64,000 bases of DNA from Callorhinchus milii (GCF_018977255.1 NW_024704744.1:36332001-36396000); one strand, 5' to 3'; positions 1-13,897 are shown, counted from the stretch's first letter. The notes: generated by a model not told the origin, from the letters alone. Made by a program: numbers and translations.

Positions 1-450
1 GTGACCCTATCACTCCCACCCTCGCCCGACTCCACTGGCTCCCCATCCCCCAGAGGATCGAGTTCAAGATCCTCGTCCTCATCCGTGGCCTTGCCCCCTC
101 CTACCTCTCTGACCTGCTGACTCCCTACCAACCTGCCGGCTCCCTCCATTCAGCGGGCTCCGGCCTGCTCTATTTCTCCTCCCGGGCTTTCAGCCTCTCT
201 GCCCCCACACTCTGGAACTCCATCCCACGGTCCCTTCACCTCACTTCCTCCCTTGCCTCCTTCAAGGCCGATCTCAAGGCCCTTCTCTTCGACCGTGCCT
301 TTGGACTCCCTCCTACCACTCTGCCTTCCCTCACCCCTACACCACCCCTCCCCCATGCTCGGGCCCCAACACCTTCAGTGTTCAGTGCTTTGGGACATCC
401 TCCCAACGTGAAAGGCGCTCTCTAAATGTAATTTTGTTGTTGTTGTTGTT
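1..450 (+). mobile_element. L2-type LINE 3' end
   Basis: Encodes the ITPTLARLHWLPIPQRIEFKIL motif of the L2 ORF2 C-terminus; ends in gtgaaaggcgctctctaaatgtaatttt(gtt)n. Confidence 0.85.
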
Positions 451-2487
451 TTGCTCCAGTCACTATATTTACTAGATGAGTGACACCGTGTCCTCTTAAG
501 TAACCATAATACAATTTTATATGTTTAATTTAGCTTAGAATTTATCATGGAATTTTATATATAATTTAAAATTCTATTAGTTATTTACAAGAAGACAGTC
601 AAAAATATCCTAAATGTGGCAAGCGGGGCACAATAGCCCAGAGCCCACATCAACCAATTGGTATTATTTAGCAAGCTGAGCAGAATAACCCCTGTTGATT
701 TTCAAGTTGTTTATCCTCAAATGAATGCATGAACAGTAACAAACACACTAAATTATTTAATGTATACAAAAATTATTTTGTTGAACATACATAAGGTCAC
801 ACTACAATCATCTCGTATAAAATAGACAAAAGGCCATAAAATTCAATCAATAGTCAATTGGACCTGCAGTCAACTTTAATTTTGGTAAATGAATAATCAA
901 TGTACTTTTTTTTAACAAATATATTCATACAAGCAAAAACCATTATATTTTCTGCTAGGTATCCAACTGTGGTTTTGATACGCTGTTTGCTTCTTTGGTA
1001 CTTCCAAGTGTAAAATCTTTTTATTGCTGCCCAAGGCTATGTCTGAAACGAAGCATTTAAATAATGTAACATTTATGGAAATTGGCTTCTTGGTTCAATT
1101 AGAAGGGTAGCATTAACTCTGCTATGTCTTTTTTACACTTTGCAAAGATTAATCTGTTAAAGAATCAATTATTAATGACATCCCACCTGTAATTTAAACT
1201 ATGCTAACAGCCATGTGCTGAATTATATCTTATTTCTTTTTGATCATTATTAAGGAATGACATAAGCAATTCAATGTGGGTCCATGGAAGTCTGGAAAGC
1301 TTAAAGGCACAGGACCCTTTTGACTAGCCTGGTATGCTCATGCTTCAGAACTACTGAAATCTAAGCTAAAACACCCCCTTCATAAGGCTGAATGATATTT
1401 CTTGACATCTATAACATGTATGGCTCATAAATCTTTGTCTGATGATGAACCCATATCAAAGATTCCATTTTTAATATTCATCCTCCATTAACCCTCCAAG
1501 CACGAACACTGGGCAGTGTTACATACTGGGGTGAGCTGATCAGTATAGTTGTTCAGCAGCTCTCTTGTAGATTTGATGCATAAAAACAAAATAAGATTGA
1601 CACCATTACATACATGAAGTGTCCATGTCAAACTTCAAAGTCTGGGGTTTTGGTGGGAAAGTATGCACCATGGCTTCCCGTGGGCGGACAGAAAGTGTTT
1701 GGCAAAAGTATATAACAGAAAAAGAAAAAGGAACACACTGAATGTTTTATAACATACATCAAGTTAAAAAATACATGACACTTATACATTTTCGTAAGTC
1801 TGCAGCAACGCAAAAAAAGTATGAGATAAAGCTGTAGTGATAAATGTCTAATACCCAAGCTTCTGCATACAACTAAATGTCACTGTTTTATTAGTTAAAT
1901 AATTTAATTTTATGGGGTTTTAAGGACGAGTGATTCAATCTAAAATCTCCTTTTGTAGTTTCCTTTTATCTCAGCTTCCTCTCTGTTGCTCCAAGACCTT
2001 CTCCATTCCTGGGAGGGTTAGTGGTTAACCTGCTTCCAGACACACTTTGGCTATGAGGAAACACATGACAACAACTCAATGTTGAGTTTGGCACTGCTCA
2101 GATTGTACACATTATTCATTTATATGTGTGCCAGCCTGGTGCAGCTGGTTTCCCTCATAGGCATCCGTGACATACCTGGGTGCGACAATTCAGGGCTGAT
2201 TCGCGCCTTGAATCTCAGGACACCTGGGACACTGCACGATTGATTGGAGATCGCAATGACCCAACACTGGTCACAAGAAGTAATGGTAGTTTGTGTAGTA
2301 CTTTGCAGGTCTCTTCCTCACCAGCTGTCTTCACTATGCAGGAAAATTCTGCAGCGTGTTGTTCACGCACAATGATACAGCTCTTAGTTTTTAGAATCTT
2401 TTTGCTCTGTAATGCTCTCTTCAGGGTCATCATTAATGTATTTATGTGGAAAGTTGCATATGTCAACTCATTTCATTTATATTGTGG

Positions 2488-3615
2488 ACAATTGTCCACG
2501 TGTGTACTATTGGTCAGTAAAATAAAACAGCATTTTTTTCAAAATGACTAGGTGACTAAAAAATTGTTTGTCCCTTTTAAAGATCTTGAATATGCAAAAA
2601 AAATTATTTGCAAATGTTTGCTAAGCAAAGGAATATGAAGCAATGTGAACAATTTATTTACAATTATTGGACTTAGATAGTGTGTCGGAAAATCTTTTTT
2701 TGCCCTAAGGAGACCATTGCAAATCAACATTTAGTTTGTATTATACCGAGACCTGAAAATGTTTGTAAAAGTCACACAATCATAAAATTATACAGCACAG
2801 AAGGAGGCCATTCAGCTCATTGTGTCTGTGCTGTTATTTGAAAAGAGCTATCCAAATCAATCCCACTCCCCCGCTCTCTCCCCATAGCCCTGCAAACTTG
2901 TCCTCCCAAAATATCTATCTATTTCTCTCTTAAAAGTTGTTATCGAATCGGCTTCCACCACCCTTTCAGGCAAATGCATTCCAAATCTGAACAACTGACT
3001 GTGTGAAAATAATTCTCATCATCTCCCCTGTGTTTCTTTTAACGACTATTTTAAATCGGTGTCCTCGGGTTACCGACCCACCTGCCATGGACATAGTTTC
3101 TCCACGTTCACCCTATCAAATCCCCTCATTATTTTGAAAACTTCTATTCAGTCTCCTCTTAACCTTCCCTGCTCCAAGGAGAATAATCCTAGCTTCTCTA
3201 GCCTCTCCTGATAACTGAAGTTAAGTTTCTTAAAAACAATTCTTCATTTAATGTTGCAAATTACGTCTTTTTTTTGTTGAATTGGGACATCAAACATTAT
3301 TGACTTAAGCATGTTGTTGGTAATATACTCTGGCTTGAGACTGATTTATAGTTTGTTAGGGTAACGGTTCTTAATATTGGAAAATGCTAGATTTAGTAAA
3401 GGGACCTTTCCTCCCCACACAATTGCCTTTAACTGAGAAGCAGTAAACATTATATTAAATCCATAGCAGGGAAAAGGACATCAGTGAAAAGCAGTCTTAC
3501 TAGCTGAAGTACAATTGTCCACTTGTGTGCTGTTGGTCAGTAAAATAAAACAACATTTTGTTCAAAATGACTAGGTGACTAAGAAAATGTTTATCCCTTT
3601 TGAAGATCTTGAACA
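2488..3615 (+). repeat. Local ~105-bp direct duplication (2488-2592 and 3511-3615)
   Basis: acaattgtccac(g/t)tgtgt...ttggtcagtaaaataaaaca...caaaatgactaggtgactaa...ccctttt(a/g)aagatcttgaa occurs twice, about 1 kb apart. Confidence 0.9.
2778..3220 (-). mobile_element. CR1 LINE 3' fragment
   Basis: Contains acagcacagaaggaggccattcagc...ttccaccaccctttcaggca...tgtgtgaaaa...ctccaaggagaataatcctagcttctc, the typical antisense CR1 ORF2 end and 3'UTR. Confidence 0.75.
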
Positions 3616-4404
3616 TTTCACCTCTAAACCAACCACTGTAATCCACTTTCTGTTCCTTATCTTATTCCCAGTGGCATGCTCACTGCATGTCATGGCCCTG
3701 TGGTTGCTGAATACATAAGGCTGACAGACAGTATGAGCTTGGTTTGATAAATGTATGTGTTCAGAAAGCAAACTCTAGGTGGATGTTAGGATATTAGAGA
3801 TTTAGTGGGTTCAGTAAGTCAAGGTTTTAGCGGAGTGTGACATGAGAAGCAATATATCCTCACTATTTTCAGGGAAAGTAGTTGCCAAGTAGCTATTAGA
3901 AAGGGTTAAGCTATGTTTAAAAAATTGTCATAACATGCCAAAAGGGTCAGAAGCTCAATATCCTAAGAACTTAATTGAAATGATGTTGGAGCACGTAATG
4001 TAAAATATTCAAACTGTTCTAAGTGTATTCAAATTCAACTTACTATATTTAGAAGTAGAAATACAGTGTTGTTTACTTGCTTATTATAAACATTTTACAT
4101 GTGTCTAGCCATCATTCCATTTTCTGAAGCCCATTTATGTCACACCAATCCTTGACTAAATAGGCTGACAGATATATTTTACCTTGTCCCATCCAGGGCT
4201 AATTTATTGTTTGACAATATGGAACCTGGTATTGAACGAGTTCAGTTTCACTGACAATGGGCAGTATGGACTTACCAACCAGCATAAAATACTGGCATTA
4301 CCTTGACACTTATTCTGCAATGATCTGAGTGTGTGCATCATCTTAATATGTAAACATTTCAATAGATGAACACTTTAAATGATATATTAAATCCTCCTTC
4401 AACT

Positions 4405-4782
4405 ATTATCACACTTGCATACAAATCACTTTATGCTCTGGTATCTCCCTACATCTCTGACTTGCTTACACCCCACTCCTCTACCCGCCACTTTGCTGAG
4501 CTAGCTCCGGCCTCCTACACATGCCTCGTCCCTTCCATTCTACCATCAGCGGTTTGGGTTTCAACCACTTTCCCGAGATTCTTGAACTTTCTGTTTAAAC
4601 TCTCCACCTTGTCCCCTATTTGTCTATCTTCAGATCACACCTGAATAGCTTCCTCTTCAACCGTTCTAACAGTGACCTCCCCTCTCTCCCTGGCTCAGCG
4701 ACAAGCTCCACCAATGTTAAACACTCTTGAGACATTCCCGCATGTGAACGGTGCCATTTAAATGCAAGTTATTGTTGTTATT
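4405..4782 (+). mobile_element. Decayed L2 3' end
   Basis: YKSLYALVSPYISDLL motif; tail gtgaacggtgccatttaaatgcaagttattgttg. Confidence 0.7.
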
Positions 4783-5184
4783 ATGAGAACATAGTGTCAA
4801 GTTTCATCATTTTGTTACGATGCATTCTACCATAGCCCTAAACATAAAATTTATGAGCAATGAGAATTTGTATGTGAAGAAAATGGATGTCTATAGTATT
4901 GAAATAAATTGGAGAATCTATTGAAAGCCTTTTTTTCCCTAATGGGCAAATTGAGAGCAGCAGAAACTTTCCACTGTTTCTTCCCTAACTAACAATTTAT
5001 ATCCGCTTGAACAGTGAAGCAGCGTAGTTGACAGTTGTAGCAGACATTTTCTGTTGGAGATCAGGTAAATACATTGCAAAAGAGGGTAGTAACATAACTG
5101 CCCTCTAGAAATTTCAAGTTGTGCTCCTTAATCAATAAAAGAGGAACCAAGAAGACTAACTGGTCCAAAAGGAAAAACTGTGAA

Positions 5185-5850
5185 TGATGGAAATCTGAAT
5201 TAAAAACAGAAGCATGCTGGAAATACACAGCAGGGCAATCAGTTTTTGAACAAGAAATATAGTGGAGTCCTGTAGCATAATGGTTAGAGGATTTGCCTTG
5301 CAAATAAAAGGACTCGGGTTCGATTACTGGGTGAGATGAAACTATAGGCAAGTTTCCTTACTCCACATACTTTGGTTTACCTAGTTGTTAGTTGATTGGG
5401 AGATTGCTTTTCTGGGTGTAATAATTAATTCAAAAAAAATAATAATTTGGTCACTCAATCACCGACCAGTTGTGGGACACTGATGTGCGCAACTGGCTGC
5501 CGTGTTTTGCCCGCAAATATACAGTCAATTCATCTTACAGTATATTCTGTGAAGGCGTCTCATAGATGTGATAAGATGCTATATCAAATGCAAGGATTAT
5601 TATTATTTTTATTATATATAGAATTTAGAAAGATTTACGAGGAATGTACAACATGGAATCAGGCCACTCGGCCCAGTCTGTGGTCAGTGTTAAAACTTCA
5701 CACAAGTCTTCACCCATTCTTACTCCCTCCCATACCTTTCTATTCCCCTCTCTCTCATGTGAAAGTCTAGCTTCTTCTTGAATGCATCTACACTATCTGA
5801 TTCAAATGATACGTTAATATTTCAAGAGAGATTCTTTGTCAGAAATAGAA
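5185..5850 (+). mobile_element. Penelope-like repeat end, split by a SINE and a CR1 tail
   Basis: ggaaatctgaattaaaaacagaagcatgctggaaatacacagcagg...gaaatatag (5189-5262) appears to resume as gttaatatttcaag...ctttgtcagaa (~5814-5845). It resembles a common chondrichthyan Penelope-type terminus; the family call is from memory. Confidence 0.45.
5264..5608 (+). mobile_element. tRNA-derived SINE, full length
   Basis: Head ggagtcctgtagcataatggttagag...gggttcgatt with A/B boxes, body ggcaagtttccttactccac, tail tcaaatgcaaggattattatt. Confidence 0.9.
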
Positions 5851-7195
5851 TGATTGGTTAGGTGAAACTCTTTCACAAGGTTCAGGAAAACAATTAGCAA
5901 AAAGCAAAGAAATCAAATATGCTAATCCACCAAATACATTCACAAGGAGGTAACCAGAGAACCATTATAGTTAGTGAAATGTTGGAAAGAGATGTTAAAG
6001 TTCTGTAAATGATACAAAGGAGTAAGACAAGAAGTCAGATGACACAAGGAAGGTAGAATGTACAAGGTAGATATGTACAATTAAAGCCTGCTGAACTTCC
6101 ATCTCTGGCATAAACATGGTGTAAAAGGGATGCCAGTATTCTCGCCTCCATTGAATTTACCTTGCAATTAGAAACGTTGGAGAACAAGAACAGGATGAGG
6201 CCATTCAGACTTATTGGCTACTTTCTGAAATTGTGAAAGCAATTGCCAAGGCTTGGGGACACCGGAGTATATTTAAGGTACACATGGAATTTAAAACCGC
6301 ATTCATCAGTGATAGGTACGAAATGGCAAATTTTGGTCAAGAATGTGTGGATAGATGAACCAAAGGGCCTCTGTCCTGTCAGCTTGCGAAAGTTACAGAG
6401 GTCAGTCTGTGACACCAACCAAGCAGACAATGATGAGAAACAAATCAAGTTATAAAAGGAGACAAAATACCATTCAACCAATTGGAAGAGAACAAGGTTG
6501 TTACCTGTAACAACATATGCAAAATAATTACCCTCTTGAAGATGAAAATGTCTGAGAAACTGTTCATACCTGAGTTATTTGAAAGAATGAGTCGATTCGG
6601 GCTGTAATTAGGACTTTTGTAAATCAAATTGCTGATCTGAAAGTATCAAAACAGCCAAAGTCTAATGGTTCATCAATGCCAAGGAGAAAATACAGCTAAT
6701 GACAAGCTGTCAATCAAAAAGGGTAGCATTTCATTGGAGCTTTCTCTGCTTCTCTCGCCTATAAAGGGAGGCCCTGAATAACTGATGTAGCGAACTACAA
6801 ACAGCTATATTAATGGGGTGTTCTGTTCTATCTTATGTGAAGGGCGCTATATATATATCCAAGTTGTTGTTGAGCAACAAAAGCAGATTGAAAAAATCAG
6901 CACAGGAAAAAAGAGAAACGTCAGAAGAATGAAGGAGACTACTCAAAGATAGAAGGCAGAGAACTGTCAATGAAACAATTGAGGGAGAAAAAACAATGGA
7001 AAAAGAAAGAATATAGTCCAATAAACAAATAAATAAAACTACCAACCTATACTGTCAATCCCTGTTATTAACCAGGACAAGTAAAGTGAAGCTATCTGAA
7101 AAACAATAAAGAACAGGGACAGTACAAGGAAACTCAAGAAAGAGAACATTCCCAAGAAATCAGTGGAAGAGAACAAAAGTCACCATAATAACAAC

Positions 7196-7552
7196 AATAA
7201 TAATCCTTTCATTTGATATAGAGCCTCATCACGTCATTGAGACATCTCAAAGCACTTCACAGAATATATTGTAAGGTGAATTGACTGTGTATTTTGTGGG
7301 TGAAACGTGGCAGCCAATTGCACACAGGAATGTCCCACAAACAGTCATGGATTGAGCAACTACTTATTTTTTGAGAGGGATTGTTACCTCTGAAAAGCAA
7401 TCCTCCAATCGACCAACAACCAGGTTGCTACTTAGGTAAACAGAGACATGTGAAATAAGAAAACCTGCCCAAGATTTTGTCTCGCCAAGGAATCAAACCT
7501 AGGTCCTCTCGCTTGCAAGGCGAGCATGCTAGGCACTCTGCTATGGGACTCC
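7196..7552 (-). mobile_element. tRNA-derived SINE, long subfamily
   Basis: Reverse complement of the same head, body and tail. Confidence 0.9.
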
Positions 7553-7604
7553 ATGATTGTCCAAGTCAGTCAACATGTGAGAGAGGAGACAGAATGGATC
7601 ATCA

Positions 7605-8330
7605 GTGTCAGGCTGGCTCAGTTGTAGCACTCTTTGCTCGGAGTCAGAATATTGTGAGTTAAAGCCCCACGTTGGGATTTGGAATCACATAGCCTAAGCT
7701 AACACTCCAATGCAGTGCTGAGAATGTGTTACATTGTCGGTGGTGCCATTGTTCAGATGAAAGATTAAACTGAGGTCCCGTCTACCTTCTTCGGAGGATG
7801 TTAAAGATCCCATGGCACTATTTGAAGAGAGAAGAGAGTTACTCTCTTCCAGTGTCCTGACCAATAATTCCCCAAATACAATTGGTCACTCACTCCATGG
7901 CTGTTTTGGGACATTGCTATAGGGAAACTGATTGCCACGTTCTGTCCACAATAAATAGTCAATCCACTTTATAGTGAAGTGCTTTGATATGTCTTGATGA
8001 TTGATAAGGTGCTATATAATAATATAAATGCTTTTCACATCTTCTAGACATCTCAAAGCGCTTCACAGAATACATTGCAAAGTGAATTGACTGTATATTT
8101 GTGGGCAAAATGCGGCAGTCAATTGTGAACCGCAGTGTCCCACAAACAGTCGGGATTGAAGTGACCAATTTATTATTCTTTTTTTTTGAGGGATTATTAT
8201 CAGACGTGTGGAGTAAGGAAACTTGCCCAAGGTTTTGCCCTGCCTGGAATCGAACCCAGGTCTCTCGCTTGTGAGGCAAGTGCTCTAACCACTGAATTAC
8301 AGGACTCCTCTATCAAATGCAAAGATTATA
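7605..8330 (+). mobile_element. Older Deu-type SINE, with its tail interrupted by a younger SINE
   Basis: Head tgtcaggctggctcagttgtagcactc; Deu-like core gatgttaaagatcccatggcactatttgaagag; tail gataaggtgctata (to 8016) resumes as tatcaaatgcaaagattat (8311-8329). Confidence 0.75.
8017..8308 (-). mobile_element. tRNA-derived SINE, short subfamily
   Basis: Reverse-complement head ends at acaggactcc; lacks the ctgtttacctagcagtaagtaggaacc...tttctggggg segment. Confidence 0.9.
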
Positions 8331-8999
8331 TAATATTAATCTGTAACAAAGGCTATATTGTTTTGTTCTTTTTCTCTAAGTTAATACATAGATCCACATC
8401 AGTAGATATTCAAAGGATCTCCCTCACCAATTTAAATTCTAGGGATTCTTCATAATCATTCAGCATCTAAAAAAAATAGAAATAACCAACACATATCCAA
8501 TCCCTATGTTCTTATATCCTGAGCATTCTTCAATATAGAACTTTTTATCACAATTTTGGGATTGTTCTAATAATCATTTTCTTACATCATCAATATTTAG
8601 GATACATGGAACTCATTTTCTTTTAATTGCCAGCTAAGTATTTAACTTCTATATCAACTTTCCAGTTACACAAAAGTACCAAAAACAAATTGAGGAAGAT
8701 GTTTTTATGCCATTTGCTGATTGTTTGGTCTTAATTGCTGTTGATAATATATTTAGTTGGACTATGTTTACTTTCAGAAATTTAAACTACTATTCATGAT
8801 CCAACCAACACTGGCAATGAGTAAAATGATATATTTAATTACCCATGCATTGGGTGACTTTCTGCATTTCACTATTACTTTGTTTCACCCTAATTTTCAC
8901 TTCATCAGTTTTGTGCAGATCTAAATCTATAAGCTGCAGGACTTCAGACTTTGATTATTCTCTTAAACCCATGGATTCCTCAGCTCTACCTCCATATGG

Positions 9000-9362
9000 T
9001 AGTCCTGTGGAGTACTCGCCTCACAAGTGATAGACCTGGGTTTGATTCCCAGCAGGGTGAAATGTTAGGCAAGTTTCCTTACTCCACATGCCTCTATTTA
9101 TCTAGCAGTAAGAAGGAACCTGGTTGTTAATTGATTGGCAGATCGCTTTTCTGGGGGTAATAATTTCTTCAAAAATAAATAATAAGTGGTCACTCAATCC
9201 ATGACTGTTTGGGGGACACCGCTGTGTGCAATTGGCTGTCGCGTTTTGCCCACAAAATATATAGTCAATTCACTTTACAGTATATTCTATGAAGCTCTTT
9301 GAGACGTCTCGAAAGTGTGATGTGGCGGTATATCAAGTGCAAGGATTATTATTAATATTATA
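9000..9362 (+). mobile_element. tRNA-derived SINE, long subfamily
   Basis: Partly deleted head, B box gggtttgattccc, full body and tail. Confidence 0.9.
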
Positions 9363-10964
9363 TCCTCCTTCCTGCTTGAAAAAATATCATATAATATAAA
9401 ATATATAAATAATATAAAATAATATTAAAAACACACATAATACTGTGATAAAGGAAGTTGTAAGTTAATTTTCAGACTGAGATACCCATTTTGGGGTTGG
9501 TGGGCTACTTTATTGTGAGAAGGTCATTCATATCTTTGTGACTTCATTTGTGTTGAGGCTCGTAAAATAAATTCCTCATTATTATGCACGCTGTAAAAGT
9601 AACTCATTCTAGTTACCAGTAGAATTTCACACAGAAGAAGTGATTCATTTCATTGTATTAATGTTGATATTTCCCCTTCCAATGGAGCTTTCTATTCCTT
9701 GTTCTTTTGCTGTACCCTCTAATATCCCTTTGCCACGTGTGCTTATCTATTTCGCTTGCTTAGCTATTTATACCTGAGATCATCTCTTCTCCAAAAGCTT
9801 ACTCTTCAGGTAGCTAGAGAAAAATCTTATCAAAACCTATCAAGTAATTCTAATTTCTGTCTTTAAACGTTTCATTACCTTAACATCAGTTGTATTCAAA
9901 AGTCAAATTCTTTGCTGCTTCTTTTGCTAAGTATTTGATATTTTAGCTAGGACATTTTTCTCAAAAGTGATTCGATATGAGGTATCAAATTACAGTGTGA
10001 ACAATAAACACATGACAATAAACTTAAACACAATTACATGGTATTAAATGTGGCCTTTGGGAAGATGACTGTTGTGAATGTCTCTTATTGCAGAAACAGA
10101 AACAGATATAAAGTTATTTTTTGTCAGTAAATTTATTGAGTTTTGGCAGTTAGTGTTTATCTCATTATGAGTGAACAAATACAACATTTTATAACAGTTA
10201 ACACATCAAATCCATTTATGAAATGTCACACTTTTCAATCCTTTAATCGCACACCCATAGCTCTGTAAATGTACAGATTAGAGGAGAATAATCCCTTGAG
10301 TGCTGAACCAAGGCAAATTCTGACAAGGAGAACATCACATGCTATGCATGCCCTGCTGATCCTTCCTACCACCCAACTGGAGGTGAGGTTGCTGTATCTT
10401 GCATTGAAGGTTCTGTCATGCAAGACTACAAGAAATATTGTCACCAAGTAGACACATCCTGCTGGCAGAAACAACATGCATTTTGAATTCATTGGATTTT
10501 TCTAAAGTGTATTGCATCTAGCTTCATATAGCTTCAGTAACCACCTCTCTACACTGAGTTATTCATACACCTTACCACTGAAGAACGCGTTATAACTCTG
10601 GGTCTATCACAGCGGATATCACAGGCTTTGAGCACTCCGTTGCAAACAGTTGCTTTTTTGACCCCAATGTGTAAAGTATTCATCTCTCCAGAATCTCCTC
10701 ATTGCCTGAGTGGGATATTCTTGGTACTTTATATACTTCAGCAGGCTGACAACATAACATCATTAGATTTTTTCTCCACCAGTTGAGTCTCTCAATCTTG
10801 TCGGAAGCCTCTCCCCTTAAAGCATTTTATGGCTCACTCTTGGTCACCTTCAGACAACATTAAAACAATTGTGATATTCTTCTATTTCCTTGTGGAGCTG
10901 TCCTATATTGTTTAGTTTCATGCATTGCTTATGTAGAATTCTCAGTCTGGTTTAAACACTCTCA

Positions 10965-11130
10965 ATAATAATAATCCTTACATTTGATGTAGCACCTTTC
11001 ACATTGTCGAGACATCTCATTGCACTTCATAGGATATACTGTAAAGTGGATTGACTGTGTGTTTTGTGGGTGAAATGTGGCAGCGAGTTGCACACAGCAG
11101 TGTCCCACAAACAGCCATGGAGTGAGTGAA
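10965..11130 (-). mobile_element. SINE 3' fragment
   Basis: aataatccttacatttgat...gtcccacaaacagccatggagtgagtga. Confidence 0.8.
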
Positions 11131-13671
11131 TGATTTTTTATTTGGGAGATTTGTTGGCCAAGACTACTCTTTTCAAAGAGTCAAATAATCCCATGGGATC
11201 TATAACTTCCATCTGAACAAACAGAAAGCATGATGATGGGTGATAGGTTTTCACAAGTGTCAGACAATAAAAAAAATTAGTTACTGGGCAGCAGCTTATG
11301 ATGTTGTTAGTCAAGGCCTCTCCTTCCAGTGAAGAATATGAGCTCAATGTTAATTCCCAGAAATACCACAGGCTGCACTTTCCAATTTGTAAATAATACC
11401 AAATAGAGTGCTAATGCTTCATACATTTAGTTACTTATTTAATCAAAATAAATTGTTTCTGCATCACAAGCTGACTCTGTCAATAGTGAAAATCTCGAGT
11501 ATGTGCACTCTCTCTCGTGTGAAATACCATGCTTACCTAATTCTAGAGAATATTAGGCCCAGGTTGGCATGAGCCAAGGTTTGCAGACCCCACACTGTGT
11601 GTCAGGGTACTAACCACTAAAACTGTATAGCTTTCCACTGAGCGCACTGTATGGCAAGCTTCCCGTTGCATGCCCAGCTAGGACCATTCTACACATTATG
11701 GCTTTGGCTTATAGGGTTAACAAGAGCTGACTGGAAGGATGTTTTCACTAAGTAAAATAAGAAGTTCAGTATTAAAAGGGTTTGCATTTATAATTTTTAT
11801 AATGCGCTCCTTATTAATATTTGGTTAATCAAATACTTCATGGATGATGTATCTCTGCTTTTGTCTGTGGCATAATTAAGTTAGACGAAATGTACTTACC
11901 ACATCCTGAGATTTGCCTTACATTTATAAGTCTGTAGAAGAACAAAAAAAATTCTTCACCATTTTAAGAATGGAGATAAGTTGGGTAACACATTTGTGAC
12001 TTGCTCATTGCAAAGAATATCTTGAATTCTAAAATTACTTTGCTGCTGCAAAGCCATGCCAGTGGTTGATTACAAAACTGCATAACTCTCAATGTTCAAT
12101 TTCCCTATTACATTATTATTGTTTCTTAGTAACGTGCTCCACAATCTCTAACAGGTTTTGCCTCCCTGAATATAGCTTTAGCGATAACAGCATGTTCAAG
12201 TTACTGGCTCCTCGGCTTTAAAGCATTATTTCCATTTGGATCTGCCGATTGCTTTGCGCAATCCATTTGTTGTTTTACATGAATAAAAAAAATTGGCAGA
12301 GGTTTACGGCCCATTCTTCCTTTTCTTACGTCAGTCCTTTTAAATTCATGAAGCCTTTATAAAGCTTATCCTAGTCTTCTGAGTTGGCCTTTGAAATAAG
12401 AGGACTAATTTGAATCTTTTATATGCCTATCAATCTACTTTTCTAACAGTAATTCAGTGGTGATTCAGCATTGTGGATGCCAAAAAGAACAGTAACTCAA
12501 TGAATACTATATTGAACAATATTACAATACAATGTGCTTTACATTTTTATATGCAGTATGCAGAATATTAAAACAAAAATCTATCCAACTCTATATTTCA
12601 TATAAAAAAATCACTATGGGTATTCCACCCTTTCAGTGATATTATCATTGATGATACTTATCACATTGACTAAAATTGTAGTTAACAGCAAGCATTAGTT
12701 ATCACTAGCTGGCATGCGGGGTGAGGGGAGATGACCAGTGTTAACTGGAGTTAGTGATAGTGACAGTTGAGATTGTTTAACTTTGTGTGCAACAACTTCA
12801 CATCAACTGGAGCAATCAATATTAAACTCAAATCCTTTTCTTTCTCTACCTCTGTTAATGTCATACTTTCATCATGTAAACATTTCTGTGTGATTATAGT
12901 AATTGTGCTCCAAATAAATCAGGATGCTTGAGGCTGTCCAAACAATTCATATAAAGTAATGATTGTCTTGCCTTGTGCAACAAAATTTCAAAATCTGTCG
13001 CCATCAAAACATTTTAGTTAATATCAAATGATTCATCAACCTAGAGATCCCCTAAAGGAATGCTCAAATTAAGCATTTGACAAAGATACAAAAAGTATTG
13101 AGTACAGTACTGGCATGGATAACTATATTCTAAGTCTGTCTAATGCCAAATGAATTGAATGAAAGTCTTCTTTCTCTGCTTGTCCGCTTGAACAGTATTT
13201 GGGTGGTGTCATCTTACTTCCAAGATGACAATATCCACAACATTGTCACATGGTGTTGTAAATTTGGCTTAAATTGATGATCTCTTTCAGAAAGACTATA
13301 ACGCTAGCCTGTAAGGGAAATGAAAATTTATATTTGCACTTTAAGTTGAATTACGGTACAGTACATTGTTGTTATAATTTAGAAGGATGTATTTTGCATT
13401 TCCCCTGTGGTATATCTCGACTGGGAGTATGTGATGTTGACATTTGGTGCCAAAAGAAGAAAAATGTTTATTGCTCAGCAATAGTAAGAAAGAATGACAG
13501 AGGCTATTTGACCCATGATACGTTTACTCCGAATTGATATCCTGGAAAAAATGAGTTACGTGTCATCTTGATGATCTCAGAAGCTAATGCAAAATGTAAA
13601 TTTATAGTTTTTTAAAAAAAAACTATTCCTCGATGTAAGCTTGATTGTAAAACTCCCACATGGCACTGAAA

Positions 13672-13897
13672 TAATAATCTTTGCATTTGATTTAGCACCT
13701 TATCACGACTTTGAGACACTTCAAAGCACTTCACAGAATATACTGTAAAGTGAACCACAATATATTTTGTGGACGAAATGCGGAGCGAATTGCGCGCAGC
13801 AGTGTCCCGCAAACAGCTGTGCCACACTTTTTTATTATTCTATTTATTTTTGAAGGGATTATTACCCTGGGAAAAGTGATCTGCCAATCGACCAACT
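13672..13897 (-). mobile_element. SINE, 5'-truncated
   Basis: Tail and body up to gatctgccaatcgaccaac. Confidence 0.85.

Noticed and set aside
6430-6830. Possible solo LTR or promoter (TATAAA at ~6452 and ~6760, CCAAT nearby)
   Set aside because: No TG...CA ends, TSD or second copy; such motifs are common in AT-rich DNA.
10480-10950. Possible RTE-type or other LINE remnant on the minus strand (NEEILER-like words)
   Set aside because: Only a few residues match; insufficient support.
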